DNA of 64,000 bases from an uncultured Eubacteriales bacterium (lineage in GTDB: Bacteria > Actinomycetota > Coriobacteriia > Anaerosomatales > PHET01), in the NCBI GenBank assembly GCA_964607705.1, contig CAZSLI010000004.1, forward strand, positions 83,953 through 147,952, given 5' to 3'. Both the position numbers and the translations under genes were made by a program. The notes beneath the pieces were generated by a model. It was not told the origin of the DNA. It made no database searches and saw nothing but the letters and a program-made list of their open reading frames with translations. Of the stretch, positions 38,957-49,811 are shown piece by piece. The stretch's first letter is position 1; every line of letters begins with the position of its first letter.

Positions 38957-39453
38957 CGCGCCACCCCGGGGCCACTGCCGTTGCTGGTCCAGGCGCGGGT
39001 CCATGTGGCGAGCAGCTCCTCGCCGCGCGGCCCGAGCGCTGTGGCCTCGACAGCGCGGACCTCGTCGCCCTCGATGCGCAGCACCACGGCGAGTCCGTCG
39101 GCGGGCGCGGCGTCGGGGAAGCGATCGCCCCACTCAACGACCGCTATGCCGTCGGCCTCCAGGACGCCGAAATAATCGAGGTCCTCGAGTTGCCACGCAT
39201 GCTCGAGCCGGTAGAGGTCGAAGTGGTATAGCGGGATTCGTCCCTCGTGGACGAGCAGGATGTTGAAGGTCGGGCTGGTCACCGGTTCTGCGACGCCGAG
39301 CCCCGCAGCGAGCCCCTTCGTCAGCTGGGTCTTGCCCGCGCCCAGGTCACCCGAGAGCAGCACGACGTCGCCCGGGCGCGCAAGCTCTCCCAGGTACGAA
39401 CCGAGTCGCCGCGTCTCCTCGGCAGAGGCGGTATGCAGAGTGGCTGACGGCAC
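38953..39453 (-). CDS. tsaE: tRNA threonylcarbamoyladenosine biosynthesis ATPase TsaE
   Basis: The Walker A is LSGDLGAGKTQLTKG, followed by SPTFNIL and the HFDLYRL motif. Confidence 0.85.
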   Translation of the reverse strand: MPSATLHTASAEETRRLGSYLGELARPGDVVLLSGDLGAGKTQLTKGLAAGLGVAEPVTSPTFNILLVHEGRIPLYHFDLYRLEHAWQLEDLDYFGVLEADGIAVVEWGDRFPDAAPADGLAVVLRIEGDEVRAVEATALGPRGEELLATWTRAWTSNGSGPGVAR

Positions 39454-40079
39454 TAGAACAGCGCCTCCGTGGCCGGCGGTGACGAAACGTCCGCAAGAGG
39501 CGGCGTGCCGAGGATCTCTCCGAGCCGGGCGAAGTCCTCGAAGAGCGCGTCACGCTTGGATCGGTCGTAGATTGCGGCAGCCGGGTGGTAGACCGGCAAC
39601 ACTTCGAAACGGCCGACCTGCCTCGTCACACCGTGCAGCTTCGTGATCCCCTCATCGGTCTCAAGGACGAATCGTGTGGCGAAGTTGCCGAGGGTCACGA
39701 TGATCTCCGGGCAGACAAGTCGTATCTGCTCGAGAAGGTACGGGGTGCATGTCGCGATCTCAGCCGGCAGCGGGTCACGGTTCTTGGGAGGCCGGCACTT
39801 GAGCACGTTCGCGATGTAGACCTGCTCACGCCTGAGGCCCGCGTGCGCTAGGAGCTCATCGAGGAACCTTCCTGCCGCACCCACGAACGGCTGGCCGGTC
39901 AGGTCCTCGTTCCTGCCAGGCGCCTCGCCGATGATCAACACCCGCGCGTGAGGATCTCCCACGCCGAAGACGAGCGTCGTGCGGGTGTCAGCCAGTCCGC
40001 AACGCGTGCAGTCGCCGATGAGCTCACGCAGCTCCTCGAGCGACTCCACGCCGAGACCTGTCGGGGCCCCTAGATCCAC
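39453..40079 (-). CDS. uracil-DNA glycosylase, family 4
   Basis: CTRCGL..VFGVGDPHARVLIIGEAPGRNED..GQPFVGAAG are family-4 UDG motifs, including Fe-S cysteines. Confidence 0.85.
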   Translation of the reverse strand: MDLGAPTGLGVESLEELRELIGDCTRCGLADTRTTLVFGVGDPHARVLIIGEAPGRNEDLTGQPFVGAAGRFLDELLAHAGLRREQVYIANVLKCRPPKNRDPLPAEIATCTPYLLEQIRLVCPEIIVTLGNFATRFVLETDEGITKLHGVTRQVGRFEVLPVYHPAAAIYDRSKRDALFEDFARLGEILGTPPLADVSSPPATEALF

Positions 40080-40588
40080 GTAGTCACTTCGGACAACGGC
40101 CGCCGAGCAGGACGTCCCGCCGATTCCGCCGAGTAGCCGATGGGCAGCACCGCGACCGGAGTGATCGGCGCCTGCACGCCGATCGACTCGCGCACGGCAT
40201 TCTCATCGAAGGCCCCGATCCAGCACGAGGCGAGCCCGAGGTCGACGGCCGTCAGAAGGATCATCTCGGCGGCCGCTGCGGTGTCCTGGAGGCCGTAGAG
40301 GAACTCGCCACGGTCGCCGTAGCGAGCCGCGCAGGGCCGAGGGTCGACGGAGACGACGATCACCACGGGTGCCGAGCTGGCCCAGCGCTGGCGCAGGGCC
40401 TCGGCCAACCGCTCGCGCGCCTCAAGCGTACGCACCACGGTGAAGCGCCACGGTTGGATGTTCCCGGCAGTGGGCGCCGTGATAGCGGCCTCCAGCAACT
40501 TCCTGACATCGGCGTCGCTCACGTCGAGCTTGGCGTTGAAATGCCTCACGCTTCTGCGCTTGGCGATGACGTCCGCGAACTCCATCAA
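40070..40588 (-). CDS. nitroreductase-family protein
   Basis: IAKRRSVRHF..APTAGNIQPWRF is the nitroreductase signature. A TAGAAT -10 candidate lies at 40630-40635 (minus strand). Confidence 0.8.
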   Translation of the reverse strand: MMEFADVIAKRRSVRHFNAKLDVSDADVRKLLEAAITAPTAGNIQPWRFTVVRTLEARERLAEALRQRWASSAPVVIVVSVDPRPCAARYGDRGEFLYGLQDTAAAAEMILLTAVDLGLASCWIGAFDENAVRESIGVQAPITPVAVLPIGYSAESAGRPARRPLSEVTTWI

Positions 40589-40714
40589 GCCTCCAAGGGT
40601 GCGTGCCGCGAGATGCGGCCTGTCCCTTCATTCTATCCAAGCCACCGACGTGGCGCACCGAGCGCGGCAGGGACGGCGCTCCCAATGTCGAACAACGCAC
40701 CGAGGAGGTGGCCC

Positions 40715-41071
40715 ATGTATGACCATCACCCCGACGTCACTGATGAGGACCTCGGGATCAGAGCGTTCCAGATCAAGAAGGCAAAGGCCGTCGAACGAGC
40801 GGTCGAGCGCATCCGCCACGGGCTGGGCCCGGCGTGGAAAGAGCTGAACGACGACGAGATCGAGGAGCTCGAGTGGGTCCTGGGCGAGTTGTGGGCGTAT
40901 GTCGCCCGTCATGACTGGGACGAGCTCCAGTTCAGCGGACTGATGCTCGGCGACGTCATCAAGATCCTGACCCTTGGGAGCCAGCTGCGGCGGCACGCGC
41001 GCAACAGCATCGACATCCTGCGCGAGGTCAACGACGTCATAGCGGCCCATGGCCGGCCCTCCGCGGAGTAA
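40715..41071 (+). CDS. hypothetical protein (118 aa, helical)
   Basis: The ATG at 40715 is preceded by a strong SD, GAGGAGG, 6 nt upstream. I recognised no family. It is the only plus-strand gene in this neighbourhood. Confidence 0.5.
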   Translation: MYDHHPDVTDEDLGIRAFQIKKAKAVERAVERIRHGLGPAWKELNDDEIEELEWVLGELWAYVARHDWDELQFSGLMLGDVIKILTLGSQLRRHARNSIDILREVNDVIAAHGRPSAE

Positions 41072-41114
41072 TAGGCACGCGACCGGAGAGCGGCTCCGGA
41101 TGAACCCGTAAACG

Positions 41115-41138
41115 AAGGGCGCCCCGAGGGGCGCCCTT
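41115..41138. terminator. bidirectional terminator hairpin
   Basis: AAGGGCGCCCC-GA-GGGGCGCCCTT is an 11-bp perfect stem. It lies between the convergent hypothetical gene and ATPase subunit D. Confidence 0.55.
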
Positions 41139-41165
41139 GCTGTCTCTTCGGGAGGGCCCGCTACG

Positions 41166-41813
41166 TCAGCCTGCCTGGGCCGCCTTCTTGCGTTCGATCT
41201 TCTTCTTGACCTTCTTGAGCCGGAACAGGTCCTCGCGGGCCCGCTCGTCGAGCGTCTGGCTGATGTAGGACACCTGTTCGTGTAGCGAGGGGATCGTGAC
41301 CTGTTCGAGCGCATTGACGCGGCGGTTGGTCTTGTTGATCTCCTCGCCGAGGCGCTTCAGCCGGGTCTCGATGTCCGCATACTCGATGATGACGTCGAGG
41401 ATCTTCTCGAACTTCTCGGCGGACTCATCGACTCGTGATGAGACGCCGGTGACCGAGTAGCCACGCGTGAACGACGACTTCAGCGGGCTCTCACCCTTGG
41501 TCACCACTGGCACGGCCACGCCCATGATCTTGGTTCCGGCCATCTCCACGGTGACCTCGCCCTTGGTGGCGAGCGCGGTCGACCGCAGTGCGACGGCACC
41601 GTCGACTGCCTTGGCCACCGCGAGCGAGTACTGAGCCTCCGACACCGACTTCTGCAAGGAGCCGGAGAGCCGCAGCGTCTCGTCCATCACGGACATGAAC
41701 TCGATCAGCAGCGCGTCACGCTTCTGCTTGAGCAGGTCCATGCCCTGCTGGGCCAGCGTTATCTGCTGCTTGCGCTCAAGCAGCTCTGCTCTGGTAGGCC
41801 GTACTTCCTCCAT
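41166..41813 (-). CDS. atpD: A/V-type ATP synthase subunit D
   Basis: The N-terminus RPTRAELLERKQQITLAQQGMDLLKQKRDAL is typical of V-type D, and it is the last gene of the operon. Confidence 0.9.
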   Translation of the reverse strand: MEEVRPTRAELLERKQQITLAQQGMDLLKQKRDALLIEFMSVMDETLRLSGSLQKSVSEAQYSLAVAKAVDGAVALRSTALATKGEVTVEMAGTKIMGVAVPVVTKGESPLKSSFTRGYSVTGVSSRVDESAEKFEKILDVIIEYADIETRLKRLGEEINKTNRRVNALEQVTIPSLHEQVSYISQTLDERAREDLFRLKKVKKKIERKKAAQAG

Positions 41814-41822
41814 CGCAGCTCC

Positions 41823-43271
41823 TTATGCGCTCGCGGCGATGTCGGCCTGCTCGGCAGCGCCGCCCTTGTGATCGGGATGGTAGGCGTCGATGAAGTCGCG
41901 TACGCGCTTGAGCTCGCTCATCGGCAGCCCGGCCATCAGGTCCCAGCCGATGTCGAGCGTCTCCTCGATCGTCCGGCCCTCCTGACCCTGGCCGACGATG
42001 CGTGCCTCGAACTCGTCGGCGAAGCGCAGATAGGCGCGGTCAACGTCGGAGAGCGCTTCCTCGCCGACGATCGCGACCAGCTTGCGGAGGTCGCGGCCCT
42101 GGGCATAGGCGGCATACATCTGATTGGCGACGGCGCGGTGGTCGTCGCGGGTCTTGTCGCCGCCGATACCGAGGTTCATCAGGCGGCTCAGGCACGGCAG
42201 CGTGTCGATCGGCGGGTAGACGCCGCGACGGTGGAGCTGCCGCGAGAGCACGATCTGGCCCTCGGTGATGTAGCCCGTGAGGTCGGGGATCGGGTGCGTG
42301 ATGTCGTCGTCGGGCATCGACAGGATCGGCAGCTGGGTGACCGAGCCCTTGCGGCCCTTGATACGGCCGGCGCGCTCGTAGATGGTCGAGAGGTCCGTGT
42401 ACATGTAGCCCGGGTAGCCGCGGCGTCCAGGAACCTCTTCGCGCGCGGTCGAGACCTCGCGGAGAGCTTCGCAGTAGTTGGTCATGTCCGACAGGACGAC
42501 GAGGACCTGGAGGTCCTTCTCGAAGGCCAGGTACTCGGCGACGGTGAGAGCGCAACGCGGCGTGAGCAGGCGCTCGACCGTGGGGTCATCGGCGAGGTTC
42601 AGGAAGAAGACGACTCGCTCGAGTGCGCCCGTCTCCTCGAACTGCGTCATGAAGTAGCTCGCTTCGCGGTGGGTGATGCCCATCGCGCCGAACACGATTG
42701 CGAACTCTTCGCCCGACTTCACGCGGGCCTGGCGGATGATCTGAGCGGCCAGCTCATTGGCCGGAAGGCCCGAGCCCGAGAAGATCGGGAGCTTCTGCCC
42801 ACGCACCAGCGTGTTGAGGCCGTCGATCGCCGAGATGCCCGTCTCGATGAAGTCGGCAGGCTGCTCCCGGCTGTACGGGTTGATCGGAGCGCCGGTGATG
42901 TCGAGGCGCGCCTCCGGGATGACCGGGGCACCGCCGTCGATCGGCTTGCCCGTACCGTTGAGCGTGCGGCCGAGAAGCTCGGCCGAGACGTCGATCTTCG
43001 CGACCTCTTCGAGGAAGCGGACCTCGGTCTTGGCTATGTCGGTACCCTGCGTGCCCTCGAAGACCTGGATGACGGCCGTGGTGCCGGAGATCTCGAGCAC
43101 CTGTCCGGAACGGCGGCTGCCGTCGGGCATGAGGATCGAGACCATCTCGTTGTAGGCGACGTCGTCGACGTCTTGCACGAAGATGAGCGGGCCCGTGATG
43201 TAGGACAGGGTGCGGTAGTCGGTCGAGAGAAGCGACCGGTTCGGCTGAGTGGTGGCGGTTGCGTCGCTCAT
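41823..43271 (-). CDS. atpB: A/V-type ATP synthase subunit B
   Basis: The start is MSDATATTQ (cat at 43269-43271), 4 nt after the subunit A stop. [14 protein letters not shown] and the non-catalytic nucleotide-site region identify it. Confidence 0.93.
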   Translation of the reverse strand: MSDATATTQPNRSLLSTDYRTLSYITGPLIFVQDVDDVAYNEMVSILMPDGSRRSGQVLEISGTTAVIQVFEGTQGTDIAKTEVRFLEEVAKIDVSAELLGRTLNGTGKPIDGGAPVIPEARLDITGAPINPYSREQPADFIETGISAIDGLNTLVRGQKLPIFSGSGLPANELAAQIIRQARVKSGEEFAIVFGAMGITHREASYFMTQFEETGALERVVFFLNLADDPTVERLLTPRCALTVAEYLAFEKDLQVLVVLSDMTNYCEALREVSTAREEVPGRRGYPGYMYTDLSTIYERAGRIKGRKGSVTQLPILSMPDDDITHPIPDLTGYITEGQIVLSRQLHRRGVYPPIDTLPCLSRLMNLGIGGDKTRDDHRAVANQMYAAYAQGRDLRKLVAIVGEEALSDVDRAYLRFADEFEARIVGQGQEGRTIEETLDIGWDLMAGLPMSELKRVRDFIDAYHPDHKGGAAEQADIAASA

Positions 43272-43275
43272 CGGC

Positions 43276-45036
43276 CTAGTACACCTCGATTTCAGCGATG
43301 TCCTCGGAGACGCTGGCCACAAGCACGTGCATCCGCTCGATGGCCTGCTCGTGCGGCGTCGTCTTGAGGCCGGCGATCTCGTCGCGGATGGGCAGGTCCA
43401 TAATCTGGCGCAGCGACACGCCGCGGTTGAGCGCGTTGGTCGCCGCGTCGAAGAACGCCATGATGGTCTTGAGCAGCCAGTACGCCTTGTCCGGCGGACA
43501 GTAGGCGTCCACTTCGTCGAACGCGAACTGCTGCAGGAAGTCCTCGCGCAGCATGCGCGCGACCTCGAGGATCACCTTCTCCGACTCAGGCAATGCGTCC
43601 GGACCGACCAGCTGCACGATCTCCTGCAGCTCGGTCTCCTTCTGCAGGACCGACATCGCACGCTCGCGGTAGTCAGCCCAGTCTTCGGCGACGTTCTCCT
43701 CATACCAGCCACGCACCTGGCCGAGGAAGAGCGTGTAGCTCTTCGTCCAGCTGATCGCCGGGAAGTGGCGGCGGTGTGCGAGTGAGGTATCCAGCGCCCA
43801 GAAGGCGCCGGTGACGCGCAGTGAGTTCTGCGTCATCGGCTCCGACATGTCACCACCGGCCGGCGATACGGCGCCGACCATCGTGACGGAGCCGACACGC
43901 CCGTCCCCGTTCGAGCCGAGCGGCTTTACACGACCCGAGCGCTCGTAGAACGACGCGAGGCGCGTCGCCAGGTAGGCGGGGTAGCCTTCCTCGCCGGGCA
44001 TCTCTTCCAGTCGTCCGGAGACCTCACGCAGCGCCTCTCCCCAACGACTCGTCGAGTCGGACATCATGGCCACGTTGTAGCCCATGTCGCGGTAGTACTC
44101 GGCGAGCGTCGCGCCCACGTAGATGGAGGCCTCGCGCGCCGCAACCGGCATGTTCGAGGTGTTAGCCACGAGTACGGTCCGGTCCATGAGCGGCGCGTCG
44201 TTACGCGGGTCGTCGAGGTGCGGGAACTCCGTGAGCACCTCGGTCATCTCGTTGCCGCGCTCGCCGCAGCCAACGTAGACGATGATGTCGACGTCGGCCC
44301 ACTTGGCCAGTGACTGCTGCGTGACCGTCTTACCGGTGCCGAAGCCGCCCGGGATGATCGCGTTGCCGCCCAAGGCGATCGGGAAGAAGGTGTCGAGGAT
44401 CCGCATGCCCGTCGTGAATGGGGTCGTCGGATCCAGCTTGTTGATGTAGGGGCGACCCTGGCGCACTGGCCACTTCTGGCTCATGCCGATCTCGGTGCCG
44501 TCCTCGAGTGTGGCGACCACCTGGTCGACCGTGTAGTCGCCGGCAGGCACCACCGAGGCGAACTTGCCCGGCTTGGCGTTGGGCGGGACCATCACCCGGT
44601 GGACGATCGTCTTGCCCTCGGGGACCGTGCCGATCACGGTGCCCGGACCGGCCTCGTCGCCCGGCTTGACCGCCGGTGTGAACGACCACTTCTTCTCGCG
44701 GTCGAGGGCCGAGGCCACCGTCCCACGTTCGATGAAATCGCCGCTCTGCTCTGCGATGACGGGCAGCGGTCGCTGCACGCCGTCATAGATCGAAGTGAGA
44801 AGTCCTGGGCCGAGTTCGACCACGAGCGGTCCCTCGGTGGACTCCACGACCTCTCCGACCTTCAGGCCCGAGGTGTCCTCGTAGACCTGGATGGTCGCAG
44901 TGTCGCCCTCGAGGCGAATGACCTCACCCATGAGGCCTTCTTCGCCAACGCGGACGATGTCGTACATGCGGGCGCCGGTCATGCCCTGTGCGACAGCGAC
45001 CGGGCCGGTGATCTTCGCGATAGTTCCCACGATCAT
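43276..45036 (-). CDS. atpA: A/V-type ATP synthase catalytic subunit A
   Basis: [14 protein letters not shown].., the P-loop [10 protein letters not shown] and the non-homologous insert region typical of A subunits. Confidence 0.95.
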   Translation of the reverse strand: MIVGTIAKITGPVAVAQGMTGARMYDIVRVGEEGLMGEVIRLEGDTATIQVYEDTSGLKVGEVVESTEGPLVVELGPGLLTSIYDGVQRPLPVIAEQSGDFIERGTVASALDREKKWSFTPAVKPGDEAGPGTVIGTVPEGKTIVHRVMVPPNAKPGKFASVVPAGDYTVDQVVATLEDGTEIGMSQKWPVRQGRPYINKLDPTTPFTTGMRILDTFFPIALGGNAIIPGGFGTGKTVTQQSLAKWADVDIIVYVGCGERGNEMTEVLTEFPHLDDPRNDAPLMDRTVLVANTSNMPVAAREASIYVGATLAEYYRDMGYNVAMMSDSTSRWGEALREVSGRLEEMPGEEGYPAYLATRLASFYERSGRVKPLGSNGDGRVGSVTMVGAVSPAGGDMSEPMTQNSLRVTGAFWALDTSLAHRRHFPAISWTKSYTLFLGQVRGWYEENVAEDWADYRERAMSVLQKETELQEIVQLVGPDALPESEKVILEVARMLREDFLQQFAFDEVDAYCPPDKAYWLLKTIMAFFDAATNALNRGVSLRQIMDLPIRDEIAGLKTTPHEQAIERMHVLVASVSEDIAEIEVY

Positions 45037-45039
45037 GCG

Positions 45040-45372
45040 CTATCCCCGCCTCAGCGTGATGTCGAAGCCAATCGCTCGCCTGATGAGTCTCGAGAGGTAG
45101 GCGCGGTGGTCCTCGCCCATCTCAAGCTTCTCCCTGATCGGCAGGGAGACGACGATCGGCCGGTAGATGCTGTCGATCTTCTTCTGCAGTCGTTCATCGA
45201 TCTCGGACATGAGCCGCTCGTTGACCGCGATGATGCCGCTCTCGTCGTCGTCGATCAGCGACGCGAGCGTCTTGCGCGCTGCAGTGGCGGTCTCTGCGAC
45301 CGAGACGTCGACGCCGGCGAGCCTGAAGCCGTCGGCTGTCTCCGCGTCGGTGAGGACGATGAGCTTATACAA
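45040..45372 (-). CDS. atpF: A/V-type ATP synthase subunit F
   Basis: 110 aa with the DGFRLAGV motif, positioned between C and A. Confidence 0.85.
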   Translation of the reverse strand: MYKLIVLTDAETADGFRLAGVDVSVAETATAARKTLASLIDDDESGIIAVNERLMSEIDERLQKKIDSIYRPIVVSLPIREKLEMGEDHRAYLSRLIRRAIGFDITLRRG

Positions 45373-46456
45373 GGATGAGCTCCTCCCTCACACGGTCGGC
45401 CGGCATGCCGACCGACTTCCCGCGAACGATGATCCGCACGTTCGTGACCTCGTTCTGCTTCGCCCACAGGTACGCGATCGCCACGCCCACTCCGTGCGGA
45501 TCCCGCACGCCTGCCGAGACGGCCTTGCGCATCAGGAGCTCCTCGAGCACACGCTCGAAGACGGCGATCGACTGCATCTCGAGGTAGCGCACTGCGGCAT
45601 CGTCGAGCACCTCGCCGTACGGCGTTCGCTTGAGACGGTCGAGCACCTCGTCGACGTCGGACATCTTCGACAGCTCGAGGAACAGGTCGAACCGTACGAC
45701 CCGTCCGCCTTCGAGGAAGTAGCGGCTCGCCTTCTCGGCGCCCACCTCGTCCTTCATCATGCGGAAGACCGTGACCAGGTTGAGGATGTCGATCTGTATG
45801 CCGAGGATGCGACGAGTCGCGTCCACGTCACTGCTTTCGCCGATGAGCCTGGAAGCGGCCCACTCTGCGTACCTGCGGTCCAGCGCCAGCTCGAGCGATG
45901 CGAGATTGCCGTCCTTCGCGTACTCGGGGTACGCCCGGCGAAGCGCGGCTGCATAGTCGAGCCCCCACATCGCCATCGTGTCGACGATGGCCTTGACGTC
46001 ATCGAGCTTGGCCAGGGCCTCAAGCTCGGTGGAGGTCAGTGCCCCCGCAGGCATGAGGCTCTCTTTGATCTCGTCGAGGCCCACGTGATTGTGGGCGCCG
46101 CGCAGGATCGTCTTCACGTTGAAGACGTCCCAGCGTGCGAGCAACGTGATAAGCGCTGCGCGCATCCTCTGGTCGAGGAAGCCGAGTACCTTGCGGTATG
46201 AGTGGACCATGTTCTCTTTGAGAGCGTCGTCCACGACGGCCGACGTCATTCCCTTGACGATCTCTGTCTCGAGCTGCGACCGGTACGGGGTCTCCATCAG
46301 CTCCTTGACCATCGACTGAACGTCAGGAGCTGCGATGAGTCGCTCGTAGAACCCCGCGTCGAGCAGGTTCGCTCGCATGCCTCGAAGCCGGGCGCAGGCA
46401 TAACCCGCGTCCGTTTCCGGGGCCCGCTTGGCGGACGACACGACGGCCTCTCTCAT
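45365..46456 (-). CDS. atpC: A/V-type ATP synthase subunit C (d-like)
   Basis: A 363-aa helical protein. YACARLRGMRANLL at the N-terminus is typical of V-type C/d. Operon position supports the call. Confidence 0.85.
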   Translation of the reverse strand: MREAVVSSAKRAPETDAGYACARLRGMRANLLDAGFYERLIAAPDVQSMVKELMETPYRSQLETEIVKGMTSAVVDDALKENMVHSYRKVLGFLDQRMRAALITLLARWDVFNVKTILRGAHNHVGLDEIKESLMPAGALTSTELEALAKLDDVKAIVDTMAMWGLDYAAALRRAYPEYAKDGNLASLELALDRRYAEWAASRLIGESSDVDATRRILGIQIDILNLVTVFRMMKDEVGAEKASRYFLEGGRVVRFDLFLELSKMSDVDEVLDRLKRTPYGEVLDDAAVRYLEMQSIAVFERVLEELLMRKAVSAGVRDPHGVGVAIAYLWAKQNEVTNVRIIVRGKSVGMPADRVREELILV

Positions 46457-47028
46457 GCGAAGAGCACCTTTGCCGCCTCGGCCTGCACCAGTTGACGAGA
46501 GCGTTCAAGCCGGTCCTCGAGCGTGTTCCGCCGGACGATCCGCCCACCGGAGGACTCGACGACCACTCCGCCGGCGCACTTGAGGTCGGTCTCCACCCGA
46601 CCGGCGCCGTGCTTGGCGAGTGCGGCCTGCGCCAACTCGGCGTCCGCAGGGTCGACGTGGATGACCACGTCGCCCTCGATGCCGGCAAGCGCTTCCTCGG
46701 CGAGCTTCGCGAACAGGTTCGGATACGAAGCCTCGGAGCGGAGACCGCCTAGCCGCTCACGAGCGCCGGCGAACACGGCCTCAAGGCCGTCGCCACGCGC
46801 AGACGACACCGCCATCTTCGATTCGAGCCGCGCGGCGTTCACGAGCTTCGATGCCCGTGAGTTGGCCGACCGCTCGACCTGCTTCGCATAGCCGTCCCGG
46901 ATGCCCTCCGCTTCGGCGATGGCCTGCTTCTCGATCAGGTCGGCGTGAGCCCGTGCCTCATCCAGCACCGCGTCGATATCGGCCTGCGCCTGTTCCTCGA
47001 GGGCTTTGAGGATGTCCTCGATAGCCAC
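46453..47028 (-). CDS. atpE: A/V-type ATP synthase subunit E
   Basis: A 191-aa protein with an N-terminal coiled coil (ILKALEEQAQADIDAVLDEA) and a globular C-terminus. Operon position supports the call. Confidence 0.85.
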   Translation of the reverse strand: MAIEDILKALEEQAQADIDAVLDEARAHADLIEKQAIAEAEGIRDGYAKQVERSANSRASKLVNAARLESKMAVSSARGDGLEAVFAGARERLGGLRSEASYPNLFAKLAEEALAGIEGDVVIHVDPADAELAQAALAKHGAGRVETDLKCAGGVVVESSGGRIVRRNTLEDRLERSRQLVQAEAAKVLFA

Positions 47029-47055
47029 GATTGCCCCCTCTCAGCGGGTCGGTTG

Positions 47056-47376
47056 TTACTCGCCGCCGTTGAGAAGGATGGCCATGACGAAGCCGAGGAG
47101 GACGATGACCTCGGGAAGAGCCGTGAGCGTGAGGACGAAGATGCGCTCCTCAGGACGCTCGGCGAGCGTACCCTGCCCGGCAGAACCGATGCGCGCCTGC
47201 GCCCAACCGGCGCCCAGTGCGGCAAGACCCATGGCCAGCGCACCTGCCATTGCCTTACCGGCGATGGCGACGCCATCACCCATCGTATTGCCCTCGGCCA
47301 GCGCGATCGCCGGCACGAGCAGGACGGCTAGGAGCGTCCCCAGGAAAACGTACGTTGCGAGCCTCTTGCTGATCAT
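47056..47376 (-). CDS. atpK: A/V-type ATP synthase proteolipid subunit K (c/L)
   Basis: An N-terminal signal-like segment is followed by one helical hairpin. The Gly/Ala-rich helix is GLAALGAGWAQARIGSAG, and the presumptive coupling Glu lies in ALPEVIVLLGF. It has the same architecture as Thermus subunit L. Confidence 0.85.
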   Translation of the reverse strand: MISKRLATYVFLGTLLAVLLVPAIALAEGNTMGDGVAIAGKAMAGALAMGLAALGAGWAQARIGSAGQGTLAERPEERIFVLTLTALPEVIVLLGFVMAILLNGGE

Positions 47377-49400
47377 GCGCTCTTCTCCCCTCCGGTCTTA
47401 TGGAACGGCTTGTACTGCTTGTCTCCGGTCTCGTAAAACCTCCCGAAGAACTCCAGGAAGTTGAGTCGGACTGCGTGGATGTTCGGGCTGAATGCCGCGA
47501 TGACGAAGTTCAGTGCTTGAAGCGGGATGGCCACCAGGATGCCGAGCACCCAGTTGCCCATGCCGGCTGCGATCTCGTTGACCGCGTTGGCGAAGATGGC
47601 GCCCGCAAGGCCGACGGCCATGATACGCAGGTAGCTCGCGATCTTCGTGAGGGCCTCGACCGACTCGATCAGGCCCATGACCTTGCCGCCCCGGATGGCG
47701 AAGACCAGCCCGAGGAAGAGTGCCAGGCCACCGATGGCCTGCACCCACAGGGCGGCGCCAAGAAGCGCTTCGGCGAAGATGACACCAAGGATCAGCATGA
47801 TGAAGCCGACCACGAAGGCGAAGATGCCGCTCTTCTCCATGACGTGGTGCATGTTCTTGGTTTTGACGCCGTTGTAGATGCCGATGCCGAGTCCGAGCAG
47901 GACCTGGATGACTCCCAAGCCGATGCACGCGAACAGGAAGACGTTGATCATCGCTTCGCGCTGGAACGGGAGTACCTGGACGGCGCCCGCAGGCACGGGG
48001 GTGCCCATCGCCACCTCGCCGTTCAAGATGTAGATCGGCTGGATGATGTTCATGAAGTGAGTTCCGAGCAGATTCCCGAAGAACTCGCCGTAGAGGAACC
48101 CGAAGAAGATGCACATCGTCGCCGCCGGGCCGAGGATGGCCGTCGCCATCTGGACGCCCTCGTTGTCCTTGAAGCTCATCCGGAGCCACATGACGGTGCC
48201 GAGCATGATCATGCCGTAGCCGATGTCGCCGACGATCATGCCGAAGAAGAGCGGGTAGAAGAACGCCAGCATGGCGGTGGGGTCATAGGTCCCGTACTTG
48301 GGCATGCCCATGAAGCCGAGGAGACCCTGATAGGGCTCCACCCACTTCGCGTTCTTGAGGGCCACCGGCGCGTCCTCGAACTCCTTCTGGTCGATCTCGA
48401 GCTGCGTGATGATGACGTCGTCGCCAAAGTCGGCCCGGACCCGTTCCCGTAGGTCCGGGAGGTCATCGACCGGGATCCAACCCTCTACCACGAACGCATA
48501 TTCCGTGCGCCCGAACTGCGGGATCGCCACGATCTCGTCGATGCGGTCGACGAGGACGTCGCGGCTGGTCGCAAGCTTCAGGTACCACTTGTCGGACAGC
48601 TCGGCGAGTTCCACTCGGATCTGCTCGAGCTCCTTGGGAAGTGCCGCCCTGCGCTGCTTGATCTCGTCGTACGCGACGTCCAGAGGCATGTCCTGGAAGT
48701 CCTGCGGCAGCCTGATCTGGTTGACGTTCTCCATCGCGAGGAACTTGTGGACCGGGTCCGCGTACATGCGCGAGTAGACAACGATGGCCGCGGTCGTGTT
48801 CTCGTCGATGTCGGTGGAGATGATCTCGCACTGCGAATTGGTGATCTTGTTCAGCTCCGCCTGGAGGTGCTCGAGGCCCGCCTTGTAGCGGCGCTCGACC
48901 AGTAGGGCGACGCTATCGAACGAGCCCGTCACCACGATCTGCTTGGCAAGCGGCTGGATCTTGCCGAGGATCGGCTCGTATCGAGCGAGCAGCGAGAGCT
49001 CCGCCTCGGCCGAGGTGTGCATCGTGGCGAGGTCTGCGGTCCGGTCTTCGACCTCGTTGATCAGGTCGACGACCTCCTGTGCCAGCTGCTCCGGTTCAAG
49101 CCCACAAAGCCTGCTGTACTCGACCTGACGCCGGGCGGCATCGATGCCGCCGGTCGGTTCATTGAGGGTCTTAAGGATCGCGCGAACCCGAATGAGCAGC
49201 TCGTCGAGCTGGTCATAGGCGGCGACGTCGTCGCCCTGGATCTCCATGCGCTCGAGCGGAACGCTGCCGCTCTGGATCTTCTTGCTCAGGTCTTCGATAT
49301 GGAGACGACCCTGCTCGTGGAGCAGGCTCACCAACTCCATGAACTGGTTCTTCGGGCCGATTATCTCGACCTTCGCCATCGGGACAAGCACGACGACCAC
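47373..49400 (-). CDS. atpI: A/V-type ATP synthase subunit I (a-like)
   Basis: A 675-aa protein with a soluble N-terminal half and a polytopic C-terminal half containing SYLRIMAVGLAG (conserved Arg helix). Confidence 0.9.
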   Translation of the reverse strand: MVVVLVPMAKVEIIGPKNQFMELVSLLHEQGRLHIEDLSKKIQSGSVPLERMEIQGDDVAAYDQLDELLIRVRAILKTLNEPTGGIDAARRQVEYSRLCGLEPEQLAQEVVDLINEVEDRTADLATMHTSAEAELSLLARYEPILGKIQPLAKQIVVTGSFDSVALLVERRYKAGLEHLQAELNKITNSQCEIISTDIDENTTAAIVVYSRMYADPVHKFLAMENVNQIRLPQDFQDMPLDVAYDEIKQRRAALPKELEQIRVELAELSDKWYLKLATSRDVLVDRIDEIVAIPQFGRTEYAFVVEGWIPVDDLPDLRERVRADFGDDVIITQLEIDQKEFEDAPVALKNAKWVEPYQGLLGFMGMPKYGTYDPTAMLAFFYPLFFGMIVGDIGYGMIMLGTVMWLRMSFKDNEGVQMATAILGPAATMCIFFGFLYGEFFGNLLGTHFMNIIQPIYILNGEVAMGTPVPAGAVQVLPFQREAMINVFLFACIGLGVIQVLLGLGIGIYNGVKTKNMHHVMEKSGIFAFVVGFIMLILGVIFAEALLGAALWVQAIGGLALFLGLVFAIRGGKVMGLIESVEALTKIASYLRIMAVGLAGAIFANAVNEIAAGMGNWVLGILVAIPLQALNFVIAAFSPNIHAVRLNFLEFFGRFYETGDKQYKPFHKTGGEKSA

Positions 49401-49439
49401 CCTCCCCTAAGGTAGTGCAGGCGTTTCCGCGGCTACGGC

Positions 49440-49811
49440 TCAGACAGCCGTCACTGCGTCTACGACGAGCTGTATGGCGCTGGCCTTACGCGCCTCGATG
49501 GAGGCCGTTATCTCGGCGGCCTCCGCTTGTGCGTTCTTCCTCATCGTCGCGGCCTCAGCCTCGGCTGCGGCGACGATCGTCTGCTCCTGATTGCGAGCGC
49601 CCGTGCCGCCCTCCGCCTCGGCCTCACTTACTACCTCGGCCGCCTTCTTCCGCGCGGCCGCGACGATGTCGTCCGCCTCGCGCTTCGCCGAAAGCATGCG
49701 GCCCGAAATCTCGAGCTCCCGCTCCCGGATCAGCTGCAAGGGTGAGTTAGCGTCGGTCGCGATAGTCTGCTGGTGCATGGCGATCTCGTTCGCGAGATCC
49801 TCTTGCGACAT
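49440..49811 (-). CDS. A/V-type ATP synthase small stator subunit (G/H-like)
   Basis: The internal start MSQEDLANE has the SD GGGGGTGGA. It is a 123-aa Ala/Glu-rich coiled coil and the first gene of the operon, as atpG is in Thermus. The call rests on position and composition only. Confidence 0.5.
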   Translation of the reverse strand: MSQEDLANEIAMHQQTIATDANSPLQLIRERELEISGRMLSAKREADDIVAAARKKAAEVVSEAEAEGGTGARNQEQTIVAAAEAEAATMRKNAQAEAAEITASIEARKASAIQLVVDAVTAV

